Positions 16,118-25,277 of a DNA stretch of 26,569 bases are shown in pieces (positions within the stretch are counted from its first letter, which is position 1; the number at the start of each line of letters is the position of its first letter). The notes below the pieces were generated by a model that was not told where the DNA came from, did not search any database, and saw nothing but the letters and a program-made list of their open reading frames with translations. A program made the translations under genes and the position numbers. This DNA comes from an uncultured Chthonomonadaceae bacterium. Its GTDB lineage: Bacteria > Armatimonadota > Chthonomonadetes > Chthonomonadales > Chthonomonadaceae. Where the stretch lies: positions 1 to 26,569 of the forward strand of contig CAZPZP010000001.1 of assembly GCA_964591025.1 (NCBI GenBank). Reading direction: 5' to 3'.

Positions 16118-16648
16118 CTACAAATGCCCTTGTCGGCGGAACATACGGAGCAAAAGACGTTCGGGCGGGCGACTGATAAAGCGGGTATAAGGAAATTCCC
16201 GTTTATGGATCGGCTTCACCATAATCGTGAATACGCCTGTGCGGTTTCCGCCCAAAACATCTGTGAACATTTGGTCGCCGACAATCGCGGTTGTCTCCGG
16301 TACGGTTGCCATAATCTCCATTGCCTTATGAAACCCCTTGCGGCGCGGCTTGCGGGCATCATGAACATAGTGGCAACCTAACTTTTCTGCGATTCGCTTG
16401 GAGCGTTCGCCGATGGGCGAGTTAGAGAGAATGCAGAGTTGAAATCCTTCGGTGAGAAGGAGATTCAGCCAATCGGAAATCTCCGAAGTCATCTCTTCCT
16501 TGCGCCATAGCACTATCGTATTGTCCAAATCCAAAATGACGCCCGTAACGCCTTGCTCGCGCAGTTCGTCGAGGGTGATCTCCGTGATCGATTCGACCAT
16601 GCGATGCGGACACAGCATACTGAGACCGCTTTTTTTGCGGCGTGCCAT
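16118..16648 (-). CDS. yqeG: YqeG family HAD IIIA phosphatase
   Basis: ILDLDNTI, ILSNS, ARKP, AIVGDQMFTDVLGGNR. Start uncertain (GTG 16687, ATG 16648 or ATG 16618). Confidence 0.9.
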   Translation of the reverse strand: MARRKKSGLSMLCPHRMVESITEITLDELREQGVTGVILDLDNTIVLWRKEEMTSEISDWLNLLLTEGFQLCILSNSPIGERSKRIAEKLGCHYVHDARKPRRKGFHKAMEIMATVPETTAIVGDQMFTDVLGGNRTGVFTIMVKPIHKREFPYTRFISRPPERLLLRMFRRQGHL

Positions 16649-16679
16649 TAGGGGAGTCGGCTCGTTTTCTTCTGCGGGA

Positions 16680-17735
16680 TTATCCACCGGGACGTTCCTC
16701 TGTGCGCCGACGTGCGGCGCGAACTCGTTTCTTCGCCTCTTCATGCTCCGCGAGCGTGCGCGTGAACACATGAGAGCCATCTGCCCGTGCGACATAATAG
16801 AGTGCGGTGCTTTCGGTCGGTTTCAACGCCGCTTCCAGCGATGCCATTCCGGGGGAGGCAATTGGTCCCGGCGGCAGTCCTGTGTGCCGATAGGTATTAT
16901 ACGCCGACTCGACCTCTAAATCCTTGTAGAGAACGCGATCTTTGTGCTTGCCCAGTGCGTAGAGAACCGTCGCGTCTATCTGGAGACGCATTTTCTGCTC
17001 TAATCGGTTTTTAATGACCCCGGCGATTTGGGCGCGATCCTGCGGAACCTGTGCCTCACGCTCGATCAGAGACGCGATGGTGATAATTTTGTGCAGATCA
17101 CGCCCACCGTCTGCGATTGCTTGTTGGTAAGGACGGGCGAACCGGTTCTCGAAGTTCGCCAGCATCTCCTCAATCACTCTAAGTGGGGGAGTATTCGGCT
17201 TAAAGCGGTAGGTATCGGGATAGAGATAGCCTTCGAGGGTCTCTTTTGGCAAAGGAAAATCGGCGGTCAAGCGTGCGAGTGTGGCTTTATCCGTCGCAAG
17301 GCGCAAAAACTCGTCGGCGTCGGCAATCTTTTTGTTCTGCAACGTCTCGGCGATCTTCTTGAGTGTGAAGCCTTCGGGAATCGTCACGCGAACGCCCGTA
17401 TCTGCTTGCGGACTTGACTTCAACTGTTGCAAAATGCGTGCCAGCGACATACTGCCGGAAAGCATGTAATGTCCCGCCCTGATTCGCTCGGCTCCGCCCT
17501 GATAGCGGGCATAGAATCGAAACGCCGTCGCACTCCGTACAATGCCATGCGACTCCAAAATCGTGCCGATGCGCTCCGGTGTCGCGCCCTTCGGGATCAC
17601 GATAGCAGCGGGCTTGGCATCGGGCGCGACAGGCAAGAACAGACTCCGCGCCCACAGCCCAAATACGCCGAGACAGCACAGACCTGCCAAGGCGATGCCA
17701 CCATACGGTTTTTTCTTCTTTGCCTTACGGCTCAC
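16680..17735 (-). CDS. mltG: Endolytic transglycosylase MltG
   Basis: N-terminal TM helix, VTIPEGFT, LEGYLYPDTY, TIASLIERE, NRL...MRLQIDAT, YNTYRHTGLPPGPIASPG. Confidence 0.95.
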   Translation of the reverse strand: MSRKAKKKKPYGGIALAGLCCLGVFGLWARSLFLPVAPDAKPAAIVIPKGATPERIGTILESHGIVRSATAFRFYARYQGGAERIRAGHYMLSGSMSLARILQQLKSSPQADTGVRVTIPEGFTLKKIAETLQNKKIADADEFLRLATDKATLARLTADFPLPKETLEGYLYPDTYRFKPNTPPLRVIEEMLANFENRFARPYQQAIADGGRDLHKIITIASLIEREAQVPQDRAQIAGVIKNRLEQKMRLQIDATVLYALGKHKDRVLYKDLEVESAYNTYRHTGLPPGPIASPGMASLEAALKPTESTALYYVARADGSHVFTRTLAEHEEAKKRVRAARRRTEERPGG

Positions 17736-18172
17736 TGTGCTGTTGCCCCCATGCTCTGGTTTTTTTCGTTCAGATAGGTTTGCAGGATGAGGCTTGCGGC
17801 GATAGAGTCAATCGTTTTTTTGCGATCTTCGGGACGCACGCCCGCCGCGATCTGCATTTGTTCCGCCTCGAAGGTCGTCAATCGCTCATCTTGAAAAAAG
17901 ATTGGGATTCGCACACTGTTTCGCAGGGTTGCCACAAAATCACGCACTTTCTGTGCCTGAATTCCTTCGCTGTCATCAAGCATAAGCGGCAGTCCCACCA
18001 CAATCGCACCGACGGCGTTATTCGCGATGAATTGACGCAGAGTCGCCATGTCGCGCTTTTTGCCTTCGTGCCGCAAAATCGTCGTGCCGGGAAATGCCAG
18101 CGTCTGCGCTTCATCTGAGAGCGCAATGCCGATAGTCTTGTCTCCAATATCCAAGCCTAAAATACGCGGCAT
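17732..18172 (-). CDS. ruvX: Holliday junction resolvase RuvX / YqgF
   Basis: ILGLDIGDKTIGIALSD, IVVGLP, FQDERLTT, IDSIAASLILQTYL; GTGA overlap with mltG. Confidence 0.95.
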   Translation of the reverse strand: MPRILGLDIGDKTIGIALSDEAQTLAFPGTTILRHEGKKRDMATLRQFIANNAVGAIVVGLPLMLDDSEGIQAQKVRDFVATLRNSVRIPIFFQDERLTTFEAEQMQIAAGVRPEDRKKTIDSIAASLILQTYLNEKNQSMGATAQ

Positions 18173-18203
18173 TTCTCCGTATGTTCCCTTCCGTAAGTGT
18201 TCT

Positions 18204-18212
18204 ATTATACCA
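18204..18212 (-). promoter_or_regulatory. Extended -10 promoter for ruvX-mltG-yqeG-aroE
   Basis: TGGTATAAT about 30 nt upstream of the ATG at 18172. Confidence 0.65.
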
Positions 18213-18240
18213 TAGTGGGTCATTGGGTCGTTAGGTCATT
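18210..18240. repeat. Third 8-mer array copy (TTRGGTCR x3)
   Basis: CCATAGTGGGTCATTGGGTCGTTAGGTCATT matches the 31 nt starting at 6869 at 27/31 positions. Confidence 0.7.
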
Positions 18241-18282
18241 AGACCTCTTGCAAGAGTCCAGCAGAATAAATTTCTCGTGCAA

Positions 18283-18462
18283 GTCTCGTCCCGCCATGCC
18301 GTGCTTCTTAAGCACTCCCCGTCCGCGCTTGACCGGAGGAGGGAGAAGGCGCAGAAGCGGCAAACACGGCACGCAACTGCTTGCGGTCAATCCGAGCGTT
18401 TTGTAGTCCTTGACTCACCTTGCACAGCGGGTACTAAAAGTACCTGCTGCGAGAGGTGAGAT
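18283..18462 (+). ncRNA. ssrS: Probable 6S RNA
   Basis: About 180-nt intergenic segment folding by eye into a rod: 5'/3' closing stem, central bubble, TTGACCG/CGGTCAA upper stem. CACCTTG-N3-AGCGGGTAC-TAAAA resembles the conserved 3' motif of bacterial 6S RNAs as I recall it. Not model-tested. Confidence 0.55.
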
Positions 18463-18497
18463 CGTAACATTCTGAGACATTTGTTGATTATCTTTTC

Positions 18498-19481
18498 TCA
18501 AGGCACAAGACGTGGCGGCGTCTCGCGCAGGGCTTGCGCCGTTGTTTCTGCCAGCGTATCGGTGATAAATGCCCCCGCCCCTGCCTCCGAACCCGCCAAG
18601 TATTTTAGTTTGTCGGGCGTGCGATAGGGCGGATAGAACTCGATATGGAACCGATAAAACCCCCAATCGCCTCCATCGGTAGGGCGTTGGTGCATCGCCA
18701 TAATGTAGGGCATCGAACGATTCCACAACGCATTATATTTTGCCATCACCGTTTTCATTATCTCGGCAAGGCTGCGCCGTTCCTCTGTTGTGAACTCAGA
18801 AATGGCGGTTCGGAGCGATTTCGGCAAAATATGAACCTCATAGGCATACCGCGCAAAAAACGGAATCACTGCCACAAAATGGGCGTTCTGCGCGACAATG
18901 CGCCGACCATCTGCGAGTTCTTCCTGCAAGACATCTCCGATCAAATCTCGTCCCGTCCGCTCAAAGTGTTTTTTTGCGGCGTTGAGTTCGCGCAGGGGAA
19001 TCGGCGGAATATACGGATAGGCGTAAATTTGTCCGTGCGGGTGTGCCAGCGTGACGCCGATTTCGCGCCCCTTATTCTCGAAAATGTAGATATAGTCTAT
19101 ATACTCCCGTTGCTCCAACGCCTCGAAGCGATCCGCCCAGACATGAATCAATTCGTTGATCTTTTCAACGGGCAATATCGCCAGTTCCGCGTCGGGTTGC
19201 GGCGTATAACAGACAACTTCGCAGACGCCCTGCGCGGGTAAGACCGGCATCAATTCAGACCCTTGAACCGCCGTTTCGGGTGCATTCCGTTGCAACGACG
19301 GAAATTTGTTCTCGAAAACCACAATTTCATAATCCCGCGCCGGAATTTCGGTGGGAAAGCCGCAGGGTTGCGTCGGAGCGAGCGGGTTATAGTCGGGCGG
19401 TGGAAAAAAGGTGCGGTCTTGCCGATGGGTTGCCGTGATAACCCACTCCTCTAAAATCGGGTTCCAGCGCAGTTCAGACAC
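18498..19481 (-). CDS. galT: Galactose-1-phosphate uridylyltransferase
   Basis: ELRWNP...WV....RQDR, FENKFPSL, FENKG..IG...HPHGQ active site, HIEFYPP, LKYLAGSE. GTG start at 19481 with AAGGAG upstream. Confidence 0.93.
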   Translation of the reverse strand: MSELRWNPILEEWVITATHRQDRTFFPPPDYNPLAPTQPCGFPTEIPARDYEIVVFENKFPSLQRNAPETAVQGSELMPVLPAQGVCEVVCYTPQPDAELAILPVEKINELIHVWADRFEALEQREYIDYIYIFENKGREIGVTLAHPHGQIYAYPYIPPIPLRELNAAKKHFERTGRDLIGDVLQEELADGRRIVAQNAHFVAVIPFFARYAYEVHILPKSLRTAISEFTTEERRSLAEIMKTVMAKYNALWNRSMPYIMAMHQRPTDGGDWGFYRFHIEFYPPYRTPDKLKYLAGSEAGAGAFITDTLAETTAQALRETPPRLVP

Positions 19482-19749
19482 GGGCGACAGTCTCCTTCTG
19501 CGGAAGTGTTTGTTCCGCACCGAGCCGCACGGCTTCCTCAGTTGCCTCAACGCCTGCATAGACTTCGGTCTGCTGTGCAGTGGCGGTTTGAGGCGCGTGA
19601 TAATAGATGAGAGTGCGCCCATCGTCTTTGGTGATCTGTTTCTTGGTCATATTCTGCCTTCTGTCCGAATTGCTGAGTACTGCTCACTAATTTACCTGAA
19701 ATTGCCCTATGAAGCAGAAATTCGGCGATCTCTTTGGGTATCATAAGCC

Positions 19750-22700
19750 ATGTTTTCACCGAAATCTTTCTCTTATCGAATCTTCTTTTGCACTCTTTCC
19801 GCCTTCGTTCTGCTGATGGCGGCGTTTGGGATCAGCGTCGCCGATACCGCGCAAGCCACCGAAGTCTTTGAGAAGCAAATTCGCCCGATGATTGTGGATC
19901 AATGCTTTTCCTGTCATGGCGGCGACGTGAAATCTCCCATGGGCGGATTGCGACTCAACAGTCGGGCGGCACTGCTCAAAGGTGGAATACACGGCGCGGC
20001 TATCGTTGTCGGCAGTCCTGAATCCAGTCTGCTGATCAAAGCGGTCAAGCATGGGGCAGGTGTCTCGGCGATGCCCCCTTCCGGCAAACTTACGACGGAA
20101 CAGATCAAACTGCTTTCCGATTGGATACGCAACGGTGCGGTCTATCCCGAAGCGAAAAAAGCCACAACAGCCGCCAAAGGTTTCGACCTCAAAGCCCGCC
20201 TGAAACATTGGGCGTGGCAGCCGATCAAGCGCACCATTCCGCCAACAGTCAAAGACGCGGCTTGGGCAAAAAATCCCGTAGACGCTTTTGTTCGCTCCAA
20301 ACTGGAGAAAAAAGGATTCAAGCCGTCTCCTGCTGCCGATAAGCGTGTTTTGATTCGCCGCATCAGCTTTGACCTCACTGGACTGCCCCCGACTCCCGAT
20401 GAAATTAAAGCGTTTCTTGCGGATAAATCCCCGAATGCGTATGAAAAAGTCGTGGATCGCTTGCTGGCAAGTCCGCATTATGGGGAACGCTGGGCGCGGC
20501 ACTGGATGGATTTGGTGCGCTATGCCGAAACCGATGGACATGAGTTTGATTTTGATAAGCCGGGAGCGTATCAATACCGCGATTATCTCATTCGGGCGTT
20601 CAATGCCGACGTGCCGTACAATCAATTTGTGCTTGAACACGTCGCGGGTGATCTTCTGCCAACTCCGCGCAGAAACCCTAAAACCCAATGGAATGAATCG
20701 ATTATTGGAACCGCGTTCTGGTGGTTTGGCGAAGGCACACATTCGCCCGTCGATCTCAAAGTGGACGAGGCAGAACGCATTGACAATCAGATCGACGTAT
20801 TCAGCAAAGCGTTTTTAGGCTTGGGCGTCGCGTGCGCTCGCTGTCACGATCACAAATTCGACGCAATTTCCACCAAAGATTATTACGCGCTGTCCGGCTT
20901 TCTCAAAAGTTCGCGCTATTACGTCGCTGATCTTCTGCCGCCGCTGACCGCCGCTCGCAAATCCGAACTCAAAGCCGCGATGACAACGCTCCACGAATCA
21001 GCGGCGAAACACTATGCTCCGCAACTCGCCAATCTGCCGCTTCCTGCCGATTTTGTATTGGCTCCCGTTCCGAATGAGACGCCCGAAGCGTTCCGCAAAC
21101 GCCGCGAAGAGCGAGTCGCTTCTCTTCGCAAAAAAGAGACTGATGCCAAAGCCGCATTCGCCAGAACAACAGTCATTGCCGACTTCTCCCAATCCGAAAC
21201 TTATACCCAATGGACACTGTCAGGAGACGCTTTCGAGACAGCCCCGATGCATGGCGTTACGCTTCGTTTTGATCCCGAAAAAGGCGAGAAAGTCACGGGC
21301 GTATTCGGTTCCGGTTTGGCATACAGTGCCGCGCTCTCCGAGGGACTCTCCGGCGCGTTGCGTTCCAAAACCTTTGTTCTCAAAAAGAACAATCTGCTGT
21401 TTCGCGTGGCGGGGCGCAGTGGCAAAATCAACCTCGTCGTTGACGGCTTTCAGCGTATACGATTCCCGATTTATGGCGGATTGACCCTCGATGTCAATAC
21501 TGCTGACAGAATGCAATGGTTCGCGATGAACGTCACAAAATGGGCTGGCAGTCGCGCCTATCTGGAATTTTTGGACAACGGCGCGGGCTATCTCGCGTGT
21601 GACAAAGTTCTCGCCTCCGATGGCAATGCCCCACCCGACGCGCCGAATTCGCTTTTGCTCGCTGCTCTCGATGATCCGAAACTGACGACGTATGATGATT
21701 ATCTCGGCGAGATGAAATCTGCTCTGTCTCAAGCGGCGTTGAGTTGGAAGAGTGGCACGCTCGCCCAAACCGAAAACAGCACGCCGACAGCAGAAGTTTT
21801 AGACGCACTGCTGACCAAACTCCCTGCCGCACCGGAAATCGCCGCCTTAACTGCGCCTGTTCGAGAGATGGTAAAGCAAATTCCCGTTCCCGTCGGCGTC
21901 CTTGCCCTCACCGATGGAACGGCGGAAAACGACTTGGTTCATCTGCGCGGCAGTGTAAAATCGCTTGGCAGTGAAGTTCCGCGCCGCTTTTTGGAGGGCT
22001 GTAAGGGTAATTTGGTTCCGCCGCCGCTCCAAGGCAGTGGTCGCCTCGTGCTGGCACAACAGATGACCGATACCGCCAATCCGTTGATGGCGCGGGTTAT
22101 CGTCAATCGGCTCTGGCAGCACCATTTTGGGCGTGGAATCGTTTCGACACCTGACAATTTCGGCTTACTCGGCGAACGTCCTTCACACTCTGAACTGCTG
22201 GATTATCTGGCATCGGAATTGGTACGGCAGAAATGGTCGCTCAAAAAACTGCACCGTCAGATGCTTGTGTCCCAAACGTATCGCCAATCCAGCAAACGCG
22301 CCGATCTCAAAACCGAAGAACGCGATCCGCTCAATGTGTTGTTGCACCGAATGCCGGTGCGTCGTTTGGAGGCAGAGGGGATTCGCGATTCGGTGCTTGC
22401 CGTGTCGGGGCGATTGGACAGAACGCTGTACGGGGCAAGCGTCATGCCGTTCCTAACAGAGTTTATGGAGGGGCGAGGGCGTCCGGCAAAATCGGGAGAG
22501 TTGGACGGGTTGGGTCGCCGCAGTCTGTATGTCGCTGTTCGCCGCAACTTCCTGACACCGTTCTTTTTGGCGTTCGATTATCCGGTTCCGTTCTCCACCA
22601 TCGGACGCCGCACCGTCTCGAATGTCCCGGCGCAAGCACTCGCCATGATGAATAATCCGTTCGTGACGGAGATGGCGAAGCATTGGGCAGCCCAAATCGT

Positions 22701-22911
22701 CAAATTGCCGCTCGCGCCGGAACAGCGAATCGAGGCAATGTACGAGACAGCGTTCGGGCGTCCGCCTTCCGTTGCAGAAAAGCAGGATGCCCTCTCATTC
22801 CTGACGGAGCAGGGCAAAGTTTATGCCGCCACTGATCCCAATGATGGGCGCGTTTGGGCGGATTTGTGTCATGTTTTGTTCAATGTGAAAGAGTTTATCC
22901 TGATTCCCTGA
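19750..22911 (+). CDS. PSD1 and planctomycete cytochrome c domain protein (PSCyt1 + DUF1549 + DUF1553)
   Basis: Signal peptide; CFSCHG heme motif; [86 protein letters not shown]. Confidence 0.92.
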   Translation: MFSPKSFSYRIFFCTLSAFVLLMAAFGISVADTAQATEVFEKQIRPMIVDQCFSCHGGDVKSPMGGLRLNSRAALLKGGIHGAAIVVGSPESSLLIKAVKHGAGVSAMPPSGKLTTEQIKLLSDWIRNGAVYPEAKKATTAAKGFDLKARLKHWAWQPIKRTIPPTVKDAAWAKNPVDAFVRSKLEKKGFKPSPAADKRVLIRRISFDLTGLPPTPDEIKAFLADKSPNAYEKVVDRLLASPHYGERWARHWMDLVRYAETDGHEFDFDKPGAYQYRDYLIRAFNADVPYNQFVLEHVAGDLLPTPRRNPKTQWNESIIGTAFWWFGEGTHSPVDLKVDEAERIDNQIDVFSKAFLGLGVACARCHDHKFDAISTKDYYALSGFLKSSRYYVADLLPPLTAARKSELKAAMTTLHESAAKHYAPQLANLPLPADFVLAPVPNETPEAFRKRREERVASLRKKETDAKAAFARTTVIADFSQSETYTQWTLSGDAFETAPMHGVTLRFDPEKGEKVTGVFGSGLAYSAALSEGLSGALRSKTFVLKKNNLLFRVAGRSGKINLVVDGFQRIRFPIYGGLTLDVNTADRMQWFAMNVTKWAGSRAYLEFLDNGAGYLACDKVLASDGNAPPDAPNSLLLAALDDPKLTTYDDYLGEMKSALSQAALSWKSGTLAQTENSTPTAEVLDALLTKLPAAPEIAALTAPVREMVKQIPVPVGVLALTDGTAENDLVHLRGSVKSLGSEVPRRFLEGCKGNLVPPPLQGSGRLVLAQQMTDTANPLMARVIVNRLWQHHFGRGIVSTPDNFGLLGERPSHSELLDYLASELVRQKWSLKKLHRQMLVSQTYRQSSKRADLKTEERDPLNVLLHRMPVRRLEAEGIRDSVLAVSGRLDRTLYGASVMPFLTEFMEGRGRPAKSGELDGLGRRSLYVAVRRNFLTPFFLAFDYPVPFSTIGRRTVSNVPAQALAMMNNPFVTEMAKHWAAQIVKLPLAPEQRIEAMYETAFGRPPSVAEKQDALSFLTEQGKVYAATDPNDGRVWADLCHVLFNVKEFILIP

Positions 22912-22932
22912 CGGGCATCACAAGGAGCGAAG

Positions 22933-23979
22933 ATGAGAGTTGCGAGACGATTTGCGGGTTTGTGCCTGATGGCGGGCATTGGTTCGGTAGGCGGAATACA
23001 GGGCGCAGTGGCTCAAGGCGAGAATGCGGCGACGCGGGAGATTGCTCAGATGAACGCCCTGCCGATTTGGATGCCGAAAGCCAACACGGGAGATTTTCGC
23101 CTTGAGCCGCCTTATGCCAATCCGCCGGAAATGACCGCCAAAGAGGGCGTACCGAAGGGAATGGTTTATCGGTTCACGATGAATTCCACCGACAGCAAAA
23201 TTTATTCCGGCATCAGCAAAACCGCTCCCGGTCAGACGGTTCCGTATCAGCGGCGCGTTACGGTGTATGTTCCAATCCAATATGTTGCCGGAACGCCCGC
23301 GCCGTTTTTCGTCTCGCAGGACAGCATGGGCGCGAATATCCTGCCGACGATTTTGGACAATATGATCGCGGAAAAGCGTCTGCCGGTGATGGTTGCCGTG
23401 ATGCTTGATTCGGGCGGCGGGGATTCGTTTGGCAGCCAGCGCGGCTTGGAATACGATACGGTTTCGGGCAAATATGCGGAGTTTATTGAGACCGAAGTCC
23501 TGCCGAAAATCACGCAGGACTACAAAGTCACGTTCACCAAAGACCCCAAAGGGCGCATGACAATGGGCGGCAGTTCGGGAGGGGCGGCGGCGTTTTCGAT
23601 GGCGTGGTATCACCCTGAACTGTATGGGCGCGTGCTGTCCTACTCAGGAACTTTTGTCGATCAGCAATCGCCTGAAAACCCGGAATCGCCGAATGGAGCG
23701 TGGGAATATCACGAGCATTTCATTCCGCAAAGCAAGCGCAAGCCGCTCCGTATTTGGATGCACGTCGGGGAATTCGATAATCGCTACAAGGACGAGGAAG
23801 CCACTTTTCACAACTGGGTTTTGGCGAATCAGCGGATGGCGGCGGTTCTCAAGGCGAAGAAATACCCGTATCAGTTTGTGTATGCCCGCGATTCGGGACA
23901 CACCGATGGCAGGGTCATCGCGCACACTCTGCCGCAAGCGTTGGAGTGGGTCTGGAAAGGCTACCCGATTAAGCGATAA
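22933..23979 (+). CDS. Secreted esterase, alpha/beta hydrolase (Fes/enterochelin-esterase-like)
   Basis: Signal peptide; RGLEYD, GGSSGG nucleophile elbow, GEFD, GHT. Confidence 0.85.
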   Translation: MRVARRFAGLCLMAGIGSVGGIQGAVAQGENAATREIAQMNALPIWMPKANTGDFRLEPPYANPPEMTAKEGVPKGMVYRFTMNSTDSKIYSGISKTAPGQTVPYQRRVTVYVPIQYVAGTPAPFFVSQDSMGANILPTILDNMIAEKRLPVMVAVMLDSGGGDSFGSQRGLEYDTVSGKYAEFIETEVLPKITQDYKVTFTKDPKGRMTMGGSSGGAAAFSMAWYHPELYGRVLSYSGTFVDQQSPENPESPNGAWEYHEHFIPQSKRKPLRIWMHVGEFDNRYKDEEATFHNWVLANQRMAAVLKAKKYPYQFVYARDSGHTDGRVIAHTLPQALEWVWKGYPIKR

Positions 23980-24003
23980 CGTGGCAATCATAGGAGAAGG
24001 CAA

Positions 24004-24318
24004 ATGATGACATTGACACCAGAGCAGGAACACAAAATCAAGATCATTGCGGCGCGTCAACAAAAACCCGCCGAAGCCGTTCTCAATGAATGGCTGGCAG
24101 GACAAATGGAAGAACACCCCGATGCTGTCCTGCAACGGCGGGCAATCCAACGAGTGAAAAATCAAGCCGCCATTGATCTTTTGGACAAATGGAGAGCGGA
24201 AGATACAACCGATGATCCCGAAGAATTGGAACGCTTGAATCGTGAGTACATGGAATTCAAAGCGGCAATGAATCAGAACCGCGCCGATACTGGAGAGGAA
24301 CCGGTATACTGTGATTGA
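24004..24318 (+). CDS. Putative antitoxin
   Basis: GGAGAAGG RBS; small acidic protein overlapping the downstream PIN gene. Confidence 0.65.
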   Translation: MMTLTPEQEHKIKIIAARQQKPAEAVLNEWLAGQMEEHPDAVLQRRAIQRVKNQAAIDLLDKWRAEDTTDDPEELERLNREYMEFKAAMNQNRADTGEEPVYCD

Positions 24319-24781
24319 AGCCGTTTTTCTCGATACTTCGCCGCTGGGAACTGCCTCCAAACGCCCGAAACAGTCCCTTGAAGTCGAGCAGTGTCAGGCG
24401 TGGGTACGGTCTCTGTTGGATGCCGGTATTCGGGTTATTGTGCCGGAAATTGCCGATTATGAAGTGCGGCGTGAGTTGGTTCGCTTGGCAAAACGCTCGA
24501 ACAATCGGGACTCCGTTGACCGCCTCGACAATTTTCTCAAGACAGTAGAATATCTGCCGGTTGATACGGAAACTCTCCGAGATGCCGCCGAATTGTGGGC
24601 AGAATCACGCAATCAAGGATTCGTAACAGCGGACAAACACGCGCTCGACGGCGACGTGATCCTGTGCGCTCAAGTGCTTCGTTATCCGATAGCCGCATCG
24701 AATATTGTGGTTGCGACCTCGAATGTGCGCCATTTGGAACATTTCGTCACTGCCGCTCTTTGGAAGAGTATCGTTCCCTAA
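24311..24781 (+). CDS. PIN-domain (VapC-like) toxin
   Basis: FLDTSPLG, PEIADYEVRREL, LDGDVILCAQ, VATSNVRHL: the acidic PIN residues are present. Confidence 0.88.
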   Translation: MIEAVFLDTSPLGTASKRPKQSLEVEQCQAWVRSLLDAGIRVIVPEIADYEVRRELVRLAKRSNNRDSVDRLDNFLKTVEYLPVDTETLRDAAELWAESRNQGFVTADKHALDGDVILCAQVLRYPIAASNIVVATSNVRHLEHFVTAALWKSIVP

Positions 24782-24785
24782 TGTA

Positions 24786-24919
24786 CGTCTTACCTCACCC
24801 CCGACCCCTCTCCTGACCAGTCGCAAGCTCCTTAGGAGAGGGGAGAGTTTAGGTTTGATTCTCCCCTCTCCCAGTGAGGAACGAACTTCCGGGAGAGGAG
24901 TCGGGGGTGAGGTAAGACG
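24786..24919. repeat. Palindromic doublet repeat (REPIN-like; CCTCACCCCCGACCCCTCTCC...GGAGAGG type)
   Basis: Outer 28-bp inverted repeat 24786-24813/24892-24919 (27/28) enclosing GGAGAGGGGAG/CTCCCCTCTCC inner arms. Confidence 0.85.
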
Positions 24920-25127
24920 CTTGACTCATGCCGCGAGACGAAGCGGAACGGGAGTGCTGACCTCTTCAGGAACGCCGCCATACACGCCCGCGTTAGGTTC
25001 CCCGCTGACATGGGGGAGGTTGACGCGGGCGTTTGGGAAGAACCCGCGCCGTTGTGACAGCGTGTATTAGCGGTTGAATAGTCTGGGGGTTTAGTGGATA
25101 TTGAACCGAAATTGAGCATAATAAAGG

Positions 25128-25182
25128 ACAGCGAAATGAATTTCTCTGCTTGGGGCGTTCCGCCGTCCCGTGCTTCGCACTC
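25128..25182 (+). repeat. REP-like repeat copy B (left arm of 55-bp inverted pair)
   Basis: 54/55 identical to the reverse complement of 26455-26509. Confidence 0.9.
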
Positions 25183-25277
25183 TCAAGGCATTGCCCAAAA
25201 TAGATCAGTAACTACAAAGGAATTGGCTGGCTGGATCGCGAAATGGATATACATATAATTTCTGTCGAGGTTGCTCA

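Noticed and set aside
329-19622. Extended N-termini from the ORF track (329-1060, 5659-7029, 11169-12527, 16118-16795, 17732-18223, 18498-19622)
   Set aside because: The extensions overlap other genes, promoters or repeats; internal starts with RBS fit family lengths better.
180-23613. Many long antisense or alternate-frame ORFs in the track (e.g. 1434-2111, 7824-8543, 8580-9476, 13768-14760, 19756-20742, 22918-23613)
   Set aside because: They overlap well-supported genes on the opposite strand or frame, and show no family motifs; typical shadow ORFs.
24955-24975. Hammerhead ribozyme core (CUGAAGA on the minus strand)
   Set aside because: No correctly placed GAAA or stems II and III.
24832-25119. 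95-aa minus-strand ORF and 121-aa plus-strand ORF (24705-25070) over the repeat region
   Set aside because: They translate palindromic repeat and structured DNA; no RBS or family motif.
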